A stretch of 24,834 bases of DNA. It comes from a virus (Duplodnaviria; Caudoviricetes). Made by a program: the position numbers and the translations under genes. The notes under the pieces were generated by a model. It saw nothing but the letters and a program-made list of their open reading frames with translations. It searched no databases and was not told where the DNA came from. Location of the stretch: IMG/VR virus record IMGVR_UViG_3300032225_001742, positions 1 through 24,834 of that record; one strand, written 5' to 3'. Below are positions 16,049 through 24,380 of this stretch, piece after piece. The first letter of the stretch is position 1. Every line of letters begins with the position of its first letter.

Positions 16049-18492
16049 GCCTTACGCCACACGCGCAAGCCTCGGAACCCCGCGGGGCTGGCCTTCTCCA
16101 CCCAGCCCATACGCACGAGGATTGCCCGTACTCGGCTGGAGGCTGCGGCGGTCCGTTGCCCGATGTCCAGCCCTATGGCGTTGAGGACGTCCGAGGTGGA
16201 GAACGTGGCCAGCGCGCCTTCGTTCTCGACGTACGCGCCCACCGGTGAAGTCCAGCTGTCCTCAATCTGGTACTGCTGGGCGTCCTCCTCGCGTACCTTG
16301 TCCTCCTCGCGGGTGAACCACCAAACCTCACCGGCTTCGTATGCCTCCAGCGCGTCCGCCCACACGGCGTCCCGGAGCTCGCGGAGCCGTTGAATCGGGA
16401 TCACGTGCTTGGCCGGGATCGTCAGGATCCAGAACCTTCGGCTTCCACTGGGGTCCGACAAGAACGCCGCGGTCCCGCCGGCGCCGCCCACCGGATTGAC
16501 CGAGCCACACAGCACGGTGTGACGTGGAGACAAGATCGCCGCCCTGGCGAATGGTGGCCGGTACAGATCCTTCCGTGTTCCCAGGAACTGCTTGACGGAC
16601 TCCGCTGAACGCTTCGAGGTCAGATCTTCGAGCTCCGCCGCTTCGTAGCCCCACACGCGGGACATCATGATCGCGGCGTCCTTGTTGCCGATGGGGATCG
16701 GAGAGTCACCAAAGAACTCTCCGAACAGCCCTTCAAAGAACGAAGACTTCTTGGCGCCTTGCTCGCCCACGAGGACCAGCGCGGTGTCCGCCTTACATCC
16801 CGGCTCCAGCGCACGAGCCACAGCCGAGATCAAAAACCGTCCCACCATGGCCGCTTGCATCTCGGTGGGCTCGGTGAGCCCCAACACTTCGCGGAGCAGC
16901 TGGCCCACCGTGTCCCCTGTGGCCTTGCCTCGGACACTCTCCAGATAGTCCTTGACCGGGCTGTACATGCGCCCCGCGGCCACCGCGTACAGCGCGGTCT
17001 TGGCCATAACTTCGCCGGCGTCCAGACCGTAGCTGTCCCGCAGCCACTCGCATAGGTCCGCGGTGCCTGGTCCCTCCTCGAGCTCCGCAGCCTCCACCTC
17101 CACCACGCCACCGAGCGTGGAACAGCGAAGGCTTGCGTACCGCGGGTCTGCCCGGAGGATCGTCACGATGTTGGCGTAAGTGGACTTCACCGAGCCTTCT
17201 TCCGTCTTTGCCAGCCGGCTCAGGATCGCGGTGCGCTCCTTCCCCACGGCTTGGCCGCGTGTGGCTTGCCGGGCTGTGCGCTCCTCGCTCCGGAGCTTGT
17301 CCTGAGAGACCTTGACCGAGCGCTTCAAGTTGCGGACATGCTCGCCCATTCCGCCCGCGGCTTCAGCTGCGCCGATCCACGTGGTCCATTCCACCTCGTT
17401 GGCCTCCGCCACCGTTACCAGCAGGTCCACCGAGCCGGTGAGCTCACGCACGAGCTCCAGCCGCTGGGGCCGGGCTGTGGCGTCGTTGTACAATATGGAC
17501 AGCGCCCGCGCCAGAAGCTCCCGCCCTTGGTCCAGCTTTGTGGGCGCCGCGGCCTCCTCCTCCACGTCGATGTCACCGGCTTCCGGCTCCGGCTTGGCCT
17601 GACTCCGAACGGGCCGGATGATCGTGGGCTGCGGGCGCTCGGGAACCGAGAGTGGAAGCTGTTGACCGTAGCCCAGTCCGTCCCGAACCGTCCGGCGTAC
17701 CTCGCTGGCTGGCTTGCCACAGCCCTCGCCGGCGGCGATCAAGGCTGTCTCGGCTTCGTGCAAGCTGATCCCGGCGCTCACAAGGTAGCCGCCCACGGTC
17801 CGCGCCTGAGCGAGAAGCACGCCGTGGCGCTCGCCCGTCGTGGCGCCGGCGATTTTGGCCACAGCGTTCCGCAACACCGCCGCACCGAACCCGGCGCCGG
17901 CTTCAGTCTTGGGCGGTGGCGGAGCAGCGCGGCGCACCTCCTCCGCTTTGCTCACGAACCGTACCAGCCAGTCCGGAGCGTCAGCGATTTGCGCCTTGTT
18001 CTCCCAGGCGTAGGGCTGGCCGGTCTCGGGGTGGACGCTCGGCACCGCCACGATGTACCCTCCGTCCGAGCGGACGTCCAAGCCCTTGCCACCAATCTTG
18101 TTCCGCGTGAGCAGCTGGAGCTTGTTGGCTTTCAGCCACACCGCAAGCTCGGGCGAAAACCGGTACACAAAGTGGAGACCGCCTCCACCGGTCCGAACGC
18201 TCAGGGTGTCCCGGTACGGACGTCCCGCCGCCTCCCGTTCCACGCGCTCCTCCGCGTCCGTGTCCGAGTCCAGATCGAGAACCCAGATCCCAGACCCAGC
18301 GCCGGCGAGCTCGCCCGTCCGGATCCCGATGTTGGCCGCGGGCCAGCGCCGCCACCACGCGTCCAGCTGCGCTCCGTCCACGGTGGCCTCGAGGAGCCCG
18401 TGCGTGTTGAGGTACGGAACTTTGCCCTCCAGCGGAAACACGCGCCAGCCCCGCGCCACGTAGGCTTTGGCCACCTTGAGGAGCTGGCTCAT
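16045..18492 (-). CDS. Bifunctional primase/polymerase (Prim-Pol) fused to a VirE/VapE-type P-loop helicase (815 aa)
   Basis: N-terminal GWRVFPL, ANIGIRTG, WVLDLD, TGGGGLHF and LDVRSDGGYIVAVPSVHPETG. PriCT-like GERHGVLL. C-terminal LVLVGEQGAKKSS, YEAAELE, YRPPFAR and FLSDPSGSRRFW. ATG at 18492 overlaps the helicase stop (ATGA). Confidence 0.92.
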   Translation of the reverse strand: MSQLLKVAKAYVARGWRVFPLEGKVPYLNTHGLLEATVDGAQLDAWWRRWPAANIGIRTGELAGAGSGIWVLDLDSDTDAEERVEREAAGRPYRDTLSVRTGGGGLHFVYRFSPELAVWLKANKLQLLTRNKIGGKGLDVRSDGGYIVAVPSVHPETGQPYAWENKAQIADAPDWLVRFVSKAEEVRRAAPPPPKTEAGAGFGAAVLRNAVAKIAGATTGERHGVLLAQARTVGGYLVSAGISLHEAETALIAAGEGCGKPASEVRRTVRDGLGYGQQLPLSVPERPQPTIIRPVRSQAKPEPEAGDIDVEEEAAAPTKLDQGRELLARALSILYNDATARPQRLELVRELTGSVDLLVTVAEANEVEWTTWIGAAEAAGGMGEHVRNLKRSVKVSQDKLRSEERTARQATRGQAVGKERTAILSRLAKTEEGSVKSTYANIVTILRADPRYASLRCSTLGGVVEVEAAELEEGPGTADLCEWLRDSYGLDAGEVMAKTALYAVAAGRMYSPVKDYLESVRGKATGDTVGQLLREVLGLTEPTEMQAAMVGRFLISAVARALEPGCKADTALVLVGEQGAKKSSFFEGLFGEFFGDSPIPIGNKDAAIMMSRVWGYEAAELEDLTSKRSAESVKQFLGTRKDLYRPPFARAAILSPRHTVLCGSVNPVGGAGGTAAFLSDPSGSRRFWILTIPAKHVIPIQRLRELRDAVWADALEAYEAGEVWWFTREEDKVREEDAQQYQIEDSWTSPVGAYVENEGALATFSTSDVLNAIGLDIGQRTAAASSRVRAILVRMGWVEKASPAGFRGLRVWRKA

Positions 18493-20426
18493 TCGGACAC
18501 CTTCCGGACGCATGCGCCCCACGCGGCGCCACTGGACGGGTTCTCGCTCTGCTTGATCAGCCGGACGCCCACGCCCTCACAGCCTTGAGGTCCGCTGAAC
18601 GTGTCGAACGCGTCCTTGTCGTGGGTACAGACCTCCTCCGCGTTGTACTGGCTGACCGCGAATCGAATGGCGTTGGCCGTCAATCGAGACCACGTGTCCC
18701 CTTTCCGCTTCTCCCGCGCCATGCAGTACAACACCTCTCCGCGGCGTACGAGCGCGATGGACGCGTTCTCTTTGTTCATGGCGCCAGTTACGTAGACGGG
18801 GACCGGCTGACCCGGCGGGACCAATACAGGCATGAACGCATCTGCACAGGGGACGCGGATCGCCATGCTGGGACGCCATTGGGCCGGGAGCTTTCCGGTG
18901 CGTGCGGCGTCTTTCAGCCCGCTCAAAATATCGATCATGTCGCAGACTATGCCCTTGGTGAGATTCGGGCATGTCAGGAGTTGCTGGAGACCCGTGGAAT
19001 GTTCGAGACAGACCGCCCGAATCATCGGTTTCAGCTTCTCCAGATAGGCGCTCTGCTTGGCGCTCGGAGCGTGCTCCCGCCACAACCGCCCCGCGGGTTG
19101 CTTGCTGTCTTTGGCGATTCCTTCCGCCAGCAGCGCCAGCCGGATCTCGCGGACGTAGCGCCCCAGCGCCGTGGTCCGAGCGCTCTGAACCTCTTCCGGC
19201 GGCTTGTCCGAGTCCTTGCACTCCTTGTCCTCCTCGGTCTCGGCTTCCAGCTCGAGCTCTTCCGGATCGGAGTCATTGAACAGCAGCCCGAGCGCGTCCG
19301 CGTAGGTCAGTTGGAACTCCCCAAACAGATCGTTGGGGTCCAGAACGCGGGCCTTGTCTTTGCCGGGTGACGCTCGGAGCACGCGGCCCACCTCTTGAAT
19401 GAACCGAACGCGGGACCGGACTTGTCTCCGCAAACAGATCCACCGCAGCCAGGGGAAGTCCACGCCCTCCACGAGCATGGAGACATGAACGATCATGTCC
19501 AGCGCGCCGGACCGGAGCGCGTCCACGGTTTCGTTCTTGTCCTCGTTGGACATGCGGCTGTGAAGCGCCCGCGCCTTGAAGCCCGCGGCCTCGAGGACCG
19601 CACAGTACTCCTCCGCGTCCTGAATCGTGCTGGCGTTGACCACGCCGGGACCGCGCTGGTCTCCGAGCTCGCGGATCATGGTCACACACGCTTCATCGGT
19701 CGCGACCGGCGCCCTGGTCTCATCCCACGGAATGATCTCGAAGTCCACAATGGCGCCGTCCCGCATAGCCTCGGCTGGAGGGTACCGGTACGTCACCGCG
19801 TCGAACAACTGGATCGTGGCCTTGTTGCTCGAGCGGAACGGCGTAGCCGTGAACCCCAACCGCGCTTTGGAGGGAAAGCCGGCGCGCTCCACGTCAACGT
19901 CAACGCCCACTCCAAACGTGGCACACTCCGTTTTGTGGCATTCGTCCGCGATCCAGAGGTCCGCCACAATGCCATGGCCAGCGAGGTGTTGAGCGAGCGC
20001 CACCGCGCTTGGGTTGCACGCCACCGTGACTTGTCTCCCGCCTTGCTTGCCATGCGTGTACCACTTGCCAACGCACCCAGAAGGAAGCCAACTGGAAAAC
20101 GTGTCGGCGAGCTGGTCCACGAGTCGGATGGACGGCGCGGTGACCACCACGCGGTGATCGGGGTTGTCCAGCAGGTACAGCCGGATCAGCTCCGCTTGGA
20201 GCACAGACTTTCCGGCGCCAGTTGTGGCCGCAACCACGCCAGCCCGGCGCGCATAGATGGAGCAGAGCGCCGCGGGGAGCGCTTCGCTCTGCCACTTCCG
20301 GAGCTTGGGATTCGCCCCCATAAGGTTGAGCCTGTCCCACTCCACAGCGGAGTCAGGGTTGAGCGCAGCCAAGGAGGATGCACTGGGCGCGTCAAAAATC
20401 GCGCATAGCGCGGGGTAGTCAATCAC
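18489..20426 (-). CDS. Superfamily 2 DExH helicase (ResIII/UvsW-like, about 645 aa)
   Basis: LRKWQ Q-motif, ATTGAGKS, DECH, TATP, MLVEGVDFP and QEVGRVLR. GTG at 20426 with a GGAG RBS is preferred over the ORF-track start, which runs through a terminator. Confidence 0.92.
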   Translation of the reverse strand: MIDYPALCAIFDAPSASSLAALNPDSAVEWDRLNLMGANPKLRKWQSEALPAALCSIYARRAGVVAATTGAGKSVLQAELIRLYLLDNPDHRVVVTAPSIRLVDQLADTFSSWLPSGCVGKWYTHGKQGGRQVTVACNPSAVALAQHLAGHGIVADLWIADECHKTECATFGVGVDVDVERAGFPSKARLGFTATPFRSSNKATIQLFDAVTYRYPPAEAMRDGAIVDFEIIPWDETRAPVATDEACVTMIRELGDQRGPGVVNASTIQDAEEYCAVLEAAGFKARALHSRMSNEDKNETVDALRSGALDMIVHVSMLVEGVDFPWLRWICLRRQVRSRVRFIQEVGRVLRASPGKDKARVLDPNDLFGEFQLTYADALGLLFNDSDPEELELEAETEEDKECKDSDKPPEEVQSARTTALGRYVREIRLALLAEGIAKDSKQPAGRLWREHAPSAKQSAYLEKLKPMIRAVCLEHSTGLQQLLTCPNLTKGIVCDMIDILSGLKDAARTGKLPAQWRPSMAIRVPCADAFMPVLVPPGQPVPVYVTGAMNKENASIALVRRGEVLYCMAREKRKGDTWSRLTANAIRFAVSQYNAEEVCTHDKDAFDTFSGPQGCEGVGVRLIKQSENPSSGAAWGACVRKVSE

Positions 20427-20437
20427 GATGAACTCCG

Positions 20438-20503
20438 ACCGCCGGCGGAGGGGGCAGGTGAATCCTGCCCCCGCTCGGTTCATGACTCCCGAGCGCCAAC
20501 GGC
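20438..20503 (-). ncRNA. Candidate three-way-junction cis-regulatory RNA in the helicase/primase leader
   Basis: Outer stem GCCGTTGGCG/CGCCGGCGGT encloses CTCGG-GAGTCATGAA-CCGAG and GGGGGCAGG-ATTCA-CCTGCCCCC. It ends 1-2 nt before the GGAG RBS. Confidence 0.55.
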
Positions 20504-20509
20504 ATTGAA

Positions 20510-20518
20510 AGCATATCA
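20510..20518 (-). promoter_or_regulatory. Candidate extended -10 promoter (TGaTATGCT) for the helicase-primase genes
   Basis: TG-n-TATGCT positioned so that +1 coincides with the 5' end of the structured leader. Confidence 0.45.
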
Positions 20519-20520
20519 CG

Positions 20521-20563
20521 AAAACAGAAAAGGGCTGTTCTGGGAACAACACCAGAACAGCCC
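20521..20563 (-). terminator. Rho-independent terminator
   Basis: GGGCTGTTCTGG-TGTTGTTC-CCAGAACAGCCC (12-bp stem) followed by TTTTCTGTTTT. Confidence 0.8.
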
Positions 20564-20602
20564 AGACCAGAACACTGGCCACTCAGGAGGGAGCTCGAGC
20601 CC

Positions 20603-20716
20603 CTAACCGAGCAGCATGATCCCGACACCCACGCACACTCCCAGGCTGAACGAAAGCACCGAGACCGCCAACAACATGCTGACGCCAGCAAGGGAGTGGT
20701 GAAGCTCGCCGCTCAT
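20603..20716 (-). CDS. Small membrane peptide (37 aa, MSGELHHSLAGVSMLLAVSVLSFSLGVCVGVGIMLLG)
   Basis: Not in the ORF track. ATGA overlap with the upstream gene, one hydrophobic helix, and it ends just before the terminator. Confidence 0.55.
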   Translation of the reverse strand: MSGELHHSLAGVSMLLAVSVLSFSLGVCVGVGIMLLG

Positions 20717-20907
20717 CCTCGGTCCTCTCGTGGTCCGGCCATATTAGCTTCCCATTCCACCGCGGCGGCCTCCCACTCCCGGCTATACTCCGCTTTGATC
20801 TCCCGCTCCTGCTCTGGAGTGGTGGCACTTGCCAGAGCAAAAGAGCGGCGGTCCCACGCGGCCACACGCCGCGCCAGGCAGATCTTCCACGCTTCACCCC
20901 GAGTCAC
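20713..20907 (-). CDS. Hypothetical protein (64 aa, MTRGEAWKICLARR...)
   Basis: 3' part of ORF 20713..21249. GTGA overlap at 20904-20907 and ATGA overlap at 20713-20716. Confidence 0.6.
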   Translation of the reverse strand: MTRGEAWKICLARRVAAWDRRSFALASATTPEQEREIKAEYSREWEAAAVEWEANMAGPREDRG

Positions 20908-21620
20908 CGGAGCACCATGATCGCGGCTTCGAGGATTAGTTGGACGTCCGGCTGGCTGGAGAGCTTGCGGGCGATGTTTAGCAAAACCTTGGCTGTGTCG
21001 ACGTCCGGCGCCTTGGCCTCGGTGACCTTGGCCACGGTTACCGGAGCCAGCTGGACTACGGGCGTTTCGAGGACCACGGGTTTGACTTTGACCGCGGAGC
21101 GCTTGGCCAGCCGTTTCTCCCAGAGCTCGGGACCGGCGGCGATCTGCGCCTCGGTGAGTTTGGCTGCGGTGCCGTAGATAGTGCGGTATCGGTCGCCGTG
21201 GTTTTTGCAGCACACACCTTGAAGGCTTGGTGCGTTGCAACCGGGCCAAAGACAGAGGGGACGGGGCTTGGTCATGATCACCTTGAGACTGGGAGGGGGA
21301 ACGGGAGGAGCCGGTGACGGCGTGTGAACGGAGTCCAGCTGTTGAAGCACAGTGGCCAGAGAGTACAAAGGAACGATCTCTGGCTCGCTGTGCGGGAGCC
21401 CGAGGTCAGGGATGTCCTCCGCGGGCATGGCCCGGCGAACGGTAGGACGCGCCCACGCTTCGAGGTCAACACCATGGTGCACGATGATCGGACGTCCACC
21501 GCCGCTCATGGCCGCACGATACCGGGCCTGGTGTTCAATGCAAAGCACTTTTCGGATCTCACCAACCACACACGCGAGCTCGCCCTTGCGGGTACATCCG
21601 ATCTGTTGACACGCGATCAT
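20904..21620 (-). CDS. Hypothetical protein with two Cys/His clusters (238 aa)
   Basis: ATG at 21620 (GGAGG RBS, ATGA overlap with rusA). Clusters CQQIGC...LCIEH and CLWPGC...CCKNH. Confidence 0.75.
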   Translation of the reverse strand: MIACQQIGCTRKGELACVVGEIRKVLCIEHQARYRAAMSGGGRPIIVHHGVDLEAWARPTVRRAMPAEDIPDLGLPHSEPEIVPLYSLATVLQQLDSVHTPSPAPPVPPPSLKVIMTKPRPLCLWPGCNAPSLQGVCCKNHGDRYRTIYGTAAKLTEAQIAAGPELWEKRLAKRSAVKVKPVVLETPVVQLAPVTVAKVTEAKAPDVDTAKVLLNIARKLSSQPDVQLILEAAIMVLR

Positions 21621-22060
21621 GAAACCCTCCACAGCCGGAGCTCTACGTGGGTCGGTTCACCGAGCGCGGCGTAGAACTTGGACGCGGTGATCGTGGATAC
21701 CTGCTTGTCGTCCGTGAAGATCCGGGCCTTTTCGGCGGCGTCCAGCGTGGCCTTGATCACGTTGTCCAGATCCGGCTTTACTGGGTGTGCGATCCGGCCT
21801 TCCGAGTACCTGAACCCGTGGGCCTTGGTGTGGCGGAGGAGCTCCGCGGTCCGCGTGAACACGGCCACGATCTCACACGCCAGCGGGCCTTCAAGCGCTG
21901 GACGATCACCCCACGCGGTCCGCAGTTGATTAGCCGCAAAGAACTCCCACTGGGCTGTAGCTGGTGGCGTGTAGACACGAGCGTGTTTCCCCGCGTTGGC
22001 AGCGCGTGGCCGTCCTTTCCCGATCGGCGCTTGATCAATGATCCCGCACCACTCAATCAC
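21617..22060 (-). CDS. rusA: RusA-family Holliday junction resolvase (147 aa)
   Basis: PIGKGRPR, KPDLDNVIKATLDA and FTDDKQV motifs. GTG at 22060 with a GAGG RBS. Confidence 0.92.
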   Translation of the reverse strand: MIEWCGIIDQAPIGKGRPRAANAGKHARVYTPPATAQWEFFAANQLRTAWGDRPALEGPLACEIVAVFTRTAELLRHTKAHGFRYSEGRIAHPVKPDLDNVIKATLDAAEKARIFTDDKQVSTITASKFYAALGEPTHVELRLWRVS

Positions 22061-22289
22061 TGACCACCTCATCCGGCCCAAACGCCTTCAGCCTGGCGAT
22101 CTCGGCGCGGTCCTTCTTGGTGGCGGAGTACGCGTTGGCCAGCTGGAGCAGCTGCGCCGGCGCCGGCTCGTTCTCGCCGGACTCCCACGCGTAAATCGAG
22201 GACTTCGAGACCTCCAACATAGCGGCAACGTCCGCCACGCGGAGCCGTTGGCGCTCCCTCAGCTGCTTCAACAGGGTAGACAAGGACAT
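22053..22289 (-). CDS. XRE-family (Cro-like) HTH regulator (78 aa)
   Basis: LKQLRERQRLRVADVAAMLEVSKSSIYAWESGENEP is an HTH_3 pattern. First gene of the leftward operon, with a GGAGG RBS. Confidence 0.9.
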   Translation of the reverse strand: MSLSTLLKQLRERQRLRVADVAAMLEVSKSSIYAWESGENEPAPAQLLQLANAYSATKKDRAEIARLKAFGPDEVVSD

Positions 22290-22459
22290 GGAAACCTCCA
22301 GCCCTGTCCTATCCCGCCGCGTGCCTTAGTCCAGAGTGTCCGGGAATGTTTACAGAATCGCGCACATTCTTTCCGGAATCTCTGGACACCTACACGGCGA
22401 CCGGGTAAGTATCTGGTGTCGGGAATGAACCTGACAACATCGAAGCCCACGAGAACAAC
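22290..22459. promoter_or_regulatory. Divergent control region with candidate promoters and operators
   Basis: Inverted GTCCAGAG/CTCTGGAC (22329-22336, 22380-22387), palindrome TTCCGGAA (22371-22378) and near-direct GTGTC(C)GGGAATG (22336, 22416). TGGACA-17-TAAGTA on the + strand. Confidence 0.55.
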
Positions 22460-22738
22460 ATGACCAAGCACTCTATGACCAATGTCGACATCCACGGCCT
22501 ATACCGCGAGGCAGACCGGGCAGGGGACTACAAACAGATGGCGATCTGTACCCTTGCCATGCACGGTCAGGCCGCGCTTCGCACTTTTGCACCCGGCACT
22601 CCTGAGCGCAAGCTCCTGAGCGAAGGGGCGACCAAGGCATGGGCGCGGAAGGAAGTTGCCGCGGTGCTTATCGCTTGGTCTGCTGAAGCTGAAGCATACG
22701 ACCAAGATTACGGCCTTGCTTACCTCAACAACTACTAA
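22460..22738 (+). CDS. Hypothetical early protein (92 aa)
   Basis: First ORF of the rightward operon, tightly spaced to the next gene. Confidence 0.7.
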   Translation: MTKHSMTNVDIHGLYREADRAGDYKQMAICTLAMHGQAALRTFAPGTPERKLLSEGATKAWARKEVAAVLIAWSAEAEAYDQDYGLAYLNNY

Positions 22739-22750
22739 GGAACCATTACC

Positions 22751-23041
22751 ATGCAAGCCCCCACTGAGATTCTGATCGCCCTCGCTCGGCTCCATGCCGC
22801 AGCTCACAACCTCCGCGACGCCCTTGAGCTCGAGATCGTCAACGCCCAGACCGACTATGACCGGTTGGCCGCGCTTCCCGGTGGGCTCGGAAACGATCAC
22901 ACCGCTATGCTGCTCCAGATAGCCGATGAACGCGGCTACCATGCCCGCCACGCTCTCCGGAACGCCTTTGGCGGATTCGCTGGCGCCGTGGTCACGCCGC
23001 AACCCGAGGATCTTGGCTATGACCGTCAGGTGATCGCATGA
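22751..23041 (+). CDS. Hypothetical early protein (96 aa)
   Basis: AAGGA RBS, helical sequence, ATGA overlap with the next gene. Confidence 0.75.
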   Translation: MQAPTEILIALARLHAAAHNLRDALELEIVNAQTDYDRLAALPGGLGNDHTAMLLQIADERGYHARHALRNAFGGFAGAVVTPQPEDLGYDRQVIA

Positions 23042-23196
23042 CCCGCGATGATCTGGCACTGGTCGCCGCTGTGGTCTTTGTGGGTGGGCTCATGCTCACC
23101 GCGATCTCCTACCTCGCTGGCTGTTCTGCTTCTCTTCCATATGGCCGTCCCGGTCAAGCCCTTCACTCCTACATCGAGACTCACGTACATGACTGA
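23038..23196 (+). CDS. Small membrane peptide or lipoprotein (52 aa) with an LAGC lipobox
   Basis: Not in the ORF track. MTRDDLALVAAVVFVGGLMLTAISYLAGCSASLPYGRPGQALHSYIETHVHD, overlapping both neighbours. Confidence 0.65.
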   Translation: MTRDDLALVAAVVFVGGLMLTAISYLAGCSASLPYGRPGQALHSYIETHVHD

Positions 23197-23848
23197 ACCT
23201 ACCCCCTCGCTGAACGCCGCACTGGCCAAAGCTCAAGCCGAACTCCAGCACGCGGTCAAGGACCGCACGAACCCCGCGTTCCGGTCACAGTATGCTGACC
23301 TTGCAAGCGTTCTGGACGCGGTTCGCCCGCTGGCCAGCCACGGTATCGCCGTGACTCACTACGTGGTCCCGCAAGCCGATCCCCGCGTGGTTTCGATCCA
23401 CACCGTGCTTCGTCACTCCAGTGGCGAACAGCTGGACTGCGGCGCGATCACGATGGTGGCCAAAGACGGTGGACCCCAGTCCGTGGCATCTGCGATCACT
23501 TACGCTCGCAGGTATGGCGTGATGCTGGCGTGTGGTATCGCTCCCGGCGACAACTCGGACGATGACGGGAACGCAGCCCAGGGAGTGGCGGTCAAGCCGG
23601 CGAGCTCGCCCGCTCCAGCAGCTGTGGCGCCCACGTGCCACGCCAGCTGGACCGAGGACCGGGACGGGTACTATCTGGCGCTCCAGCGCCTCGAGGTCAG
23701 CGCGACAGACGCGGAGCTGGTGTGTTCCATGTTGAAGCGTCCTCTCCCCCACATGCTGGACCGCGCCAGCCGCACCAAGTTCTTGGCGTACCTTGCCACC
23801 GATCAAGGCCGCATGGCCCTTCTCACCATCGAAGCAAACAAGGAATAA
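23189..23848 (+). CDS. erf: ERF-family single-strand annealing protein (219 aa)
   Basis: KDRTNPAFRSQYADLASVLDAVRP and PQSVASAITYARRYG...GIAPGDNSDDDGNAA are ERF signatures. Start at ATG 23189. Confidence 0.92.
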   Translation: MTEPTPSLNAALAKAQAELQHAVKDRTNPAFRSQYADLASVLDAVRPLASHGIAVTHYVVPQADPRVVSIHTVLRHSSGEQLDCGAITMVAKDGGPQSVASAITYARRYGVMLACGIAPGDNSDDDGNAAQGVAVKPASSPAPAAVAPTCHASWTEDRDGYYLALQRLEVSATDAELVCSMLKRPLPHMLDRASRTKFLAYLATDQGRMALLTIEANKE

Positions 23849-23853
23849 CGACT

Positions 23854-24300
23854 ATGGCATTCAATCCCAACGCATTCCCCGAGAAGTCCAAACCGTCCGG
23901 CGGTGGCGGATCACGCATTCTGGCGCCCGGAAAACACCGCGTCACGATCGAGGACGTCCAGTGGGACGGCTCCCGCGATCAGCTCGTGGTCACGTTCTCC
24001 AACGGTGAAGCCACGATCCGCGGTTGGTACCCGGTGGAGGGGACTCGCGGCTTCGTGACCGCGAACCTGCTCCGCGCCGTGGGATGGAACGCGCCGTTTG
24101 AGCCGGACGACGCCACGAGCCGGAACCACGTGCTTCTCGGTCAGGAGCTTCAGATCGTGGTGGAGACCAGCGAGTACGCGGGCAAGACCAGGACTCAGGT
24201 CCGGTGGACCAACCGCCTTCCCGGTCTGGCTGACCGGTCAGTATCTGACCAGCCCGAGCCCGCGCCGGCGTTGTTCGAGGACGACGAACTTCCGTTCTGA
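23854..24300 (+). CDS. Phage ssDNA-binding protein, DUF669-like (148 aa)
   Basis: LAPGKHRVTIEDV, LLGQELQIVVETSEYAGK and acidic C-terminus FEDDELPF. Follows erf, with an AAGGA RBS. Confidence 0.8.
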   Translation: MAFNPNAFPEKSKPSGGGGSRILAPGKHRVTIEDVQWDGSRDQLVVTFSNGEATIRGWYPVEGTRGFVTANLLRAVGWNAPFEPDDATSRNHVLLGQELQIVVETSEYAGKTRTQVRWTNRLPGLADRSVSDQPEPAPALFEDDELPF

Positions 24301-24316
24301 TCATCCCTGCCAGTCT

Positions 24317-24343
24317 GGCCCGTACCTCCTCGGAGGACGGGCC
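24317..24343 (+). terminator. Stem-loop after the SSB gene
   Basis: GGCCCGT(A)CCTC-CTCG-GAGG-ACGGGCC. No real U-tract, so function is uncertain. Confidence 0.4.
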
Positions 24344-24380
24344 TTAGCCCGTAGGCACTACCGCCTTTGGAGAACTAACA

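Noticed and set aside
15096-16184. ORF-track ORFs through the repeat region (15096..15299, 15268..16035, 15290..15592, 15487..15675, 15540..15758, 15627..16184, 15682..15876)
   Set aside because: These are translations of non-coding repeats (CGHVV, WPQR, LWP periodicity) without RBS support. Only 15788..16048 looks protein-like.
20427-20582. N-terminal extension of the SF2 helicase given by the ORF track
   Set aside because: It runs through a terminator, a candidate promoter and a structured leader. GTG at 20426 has a proper RBS.
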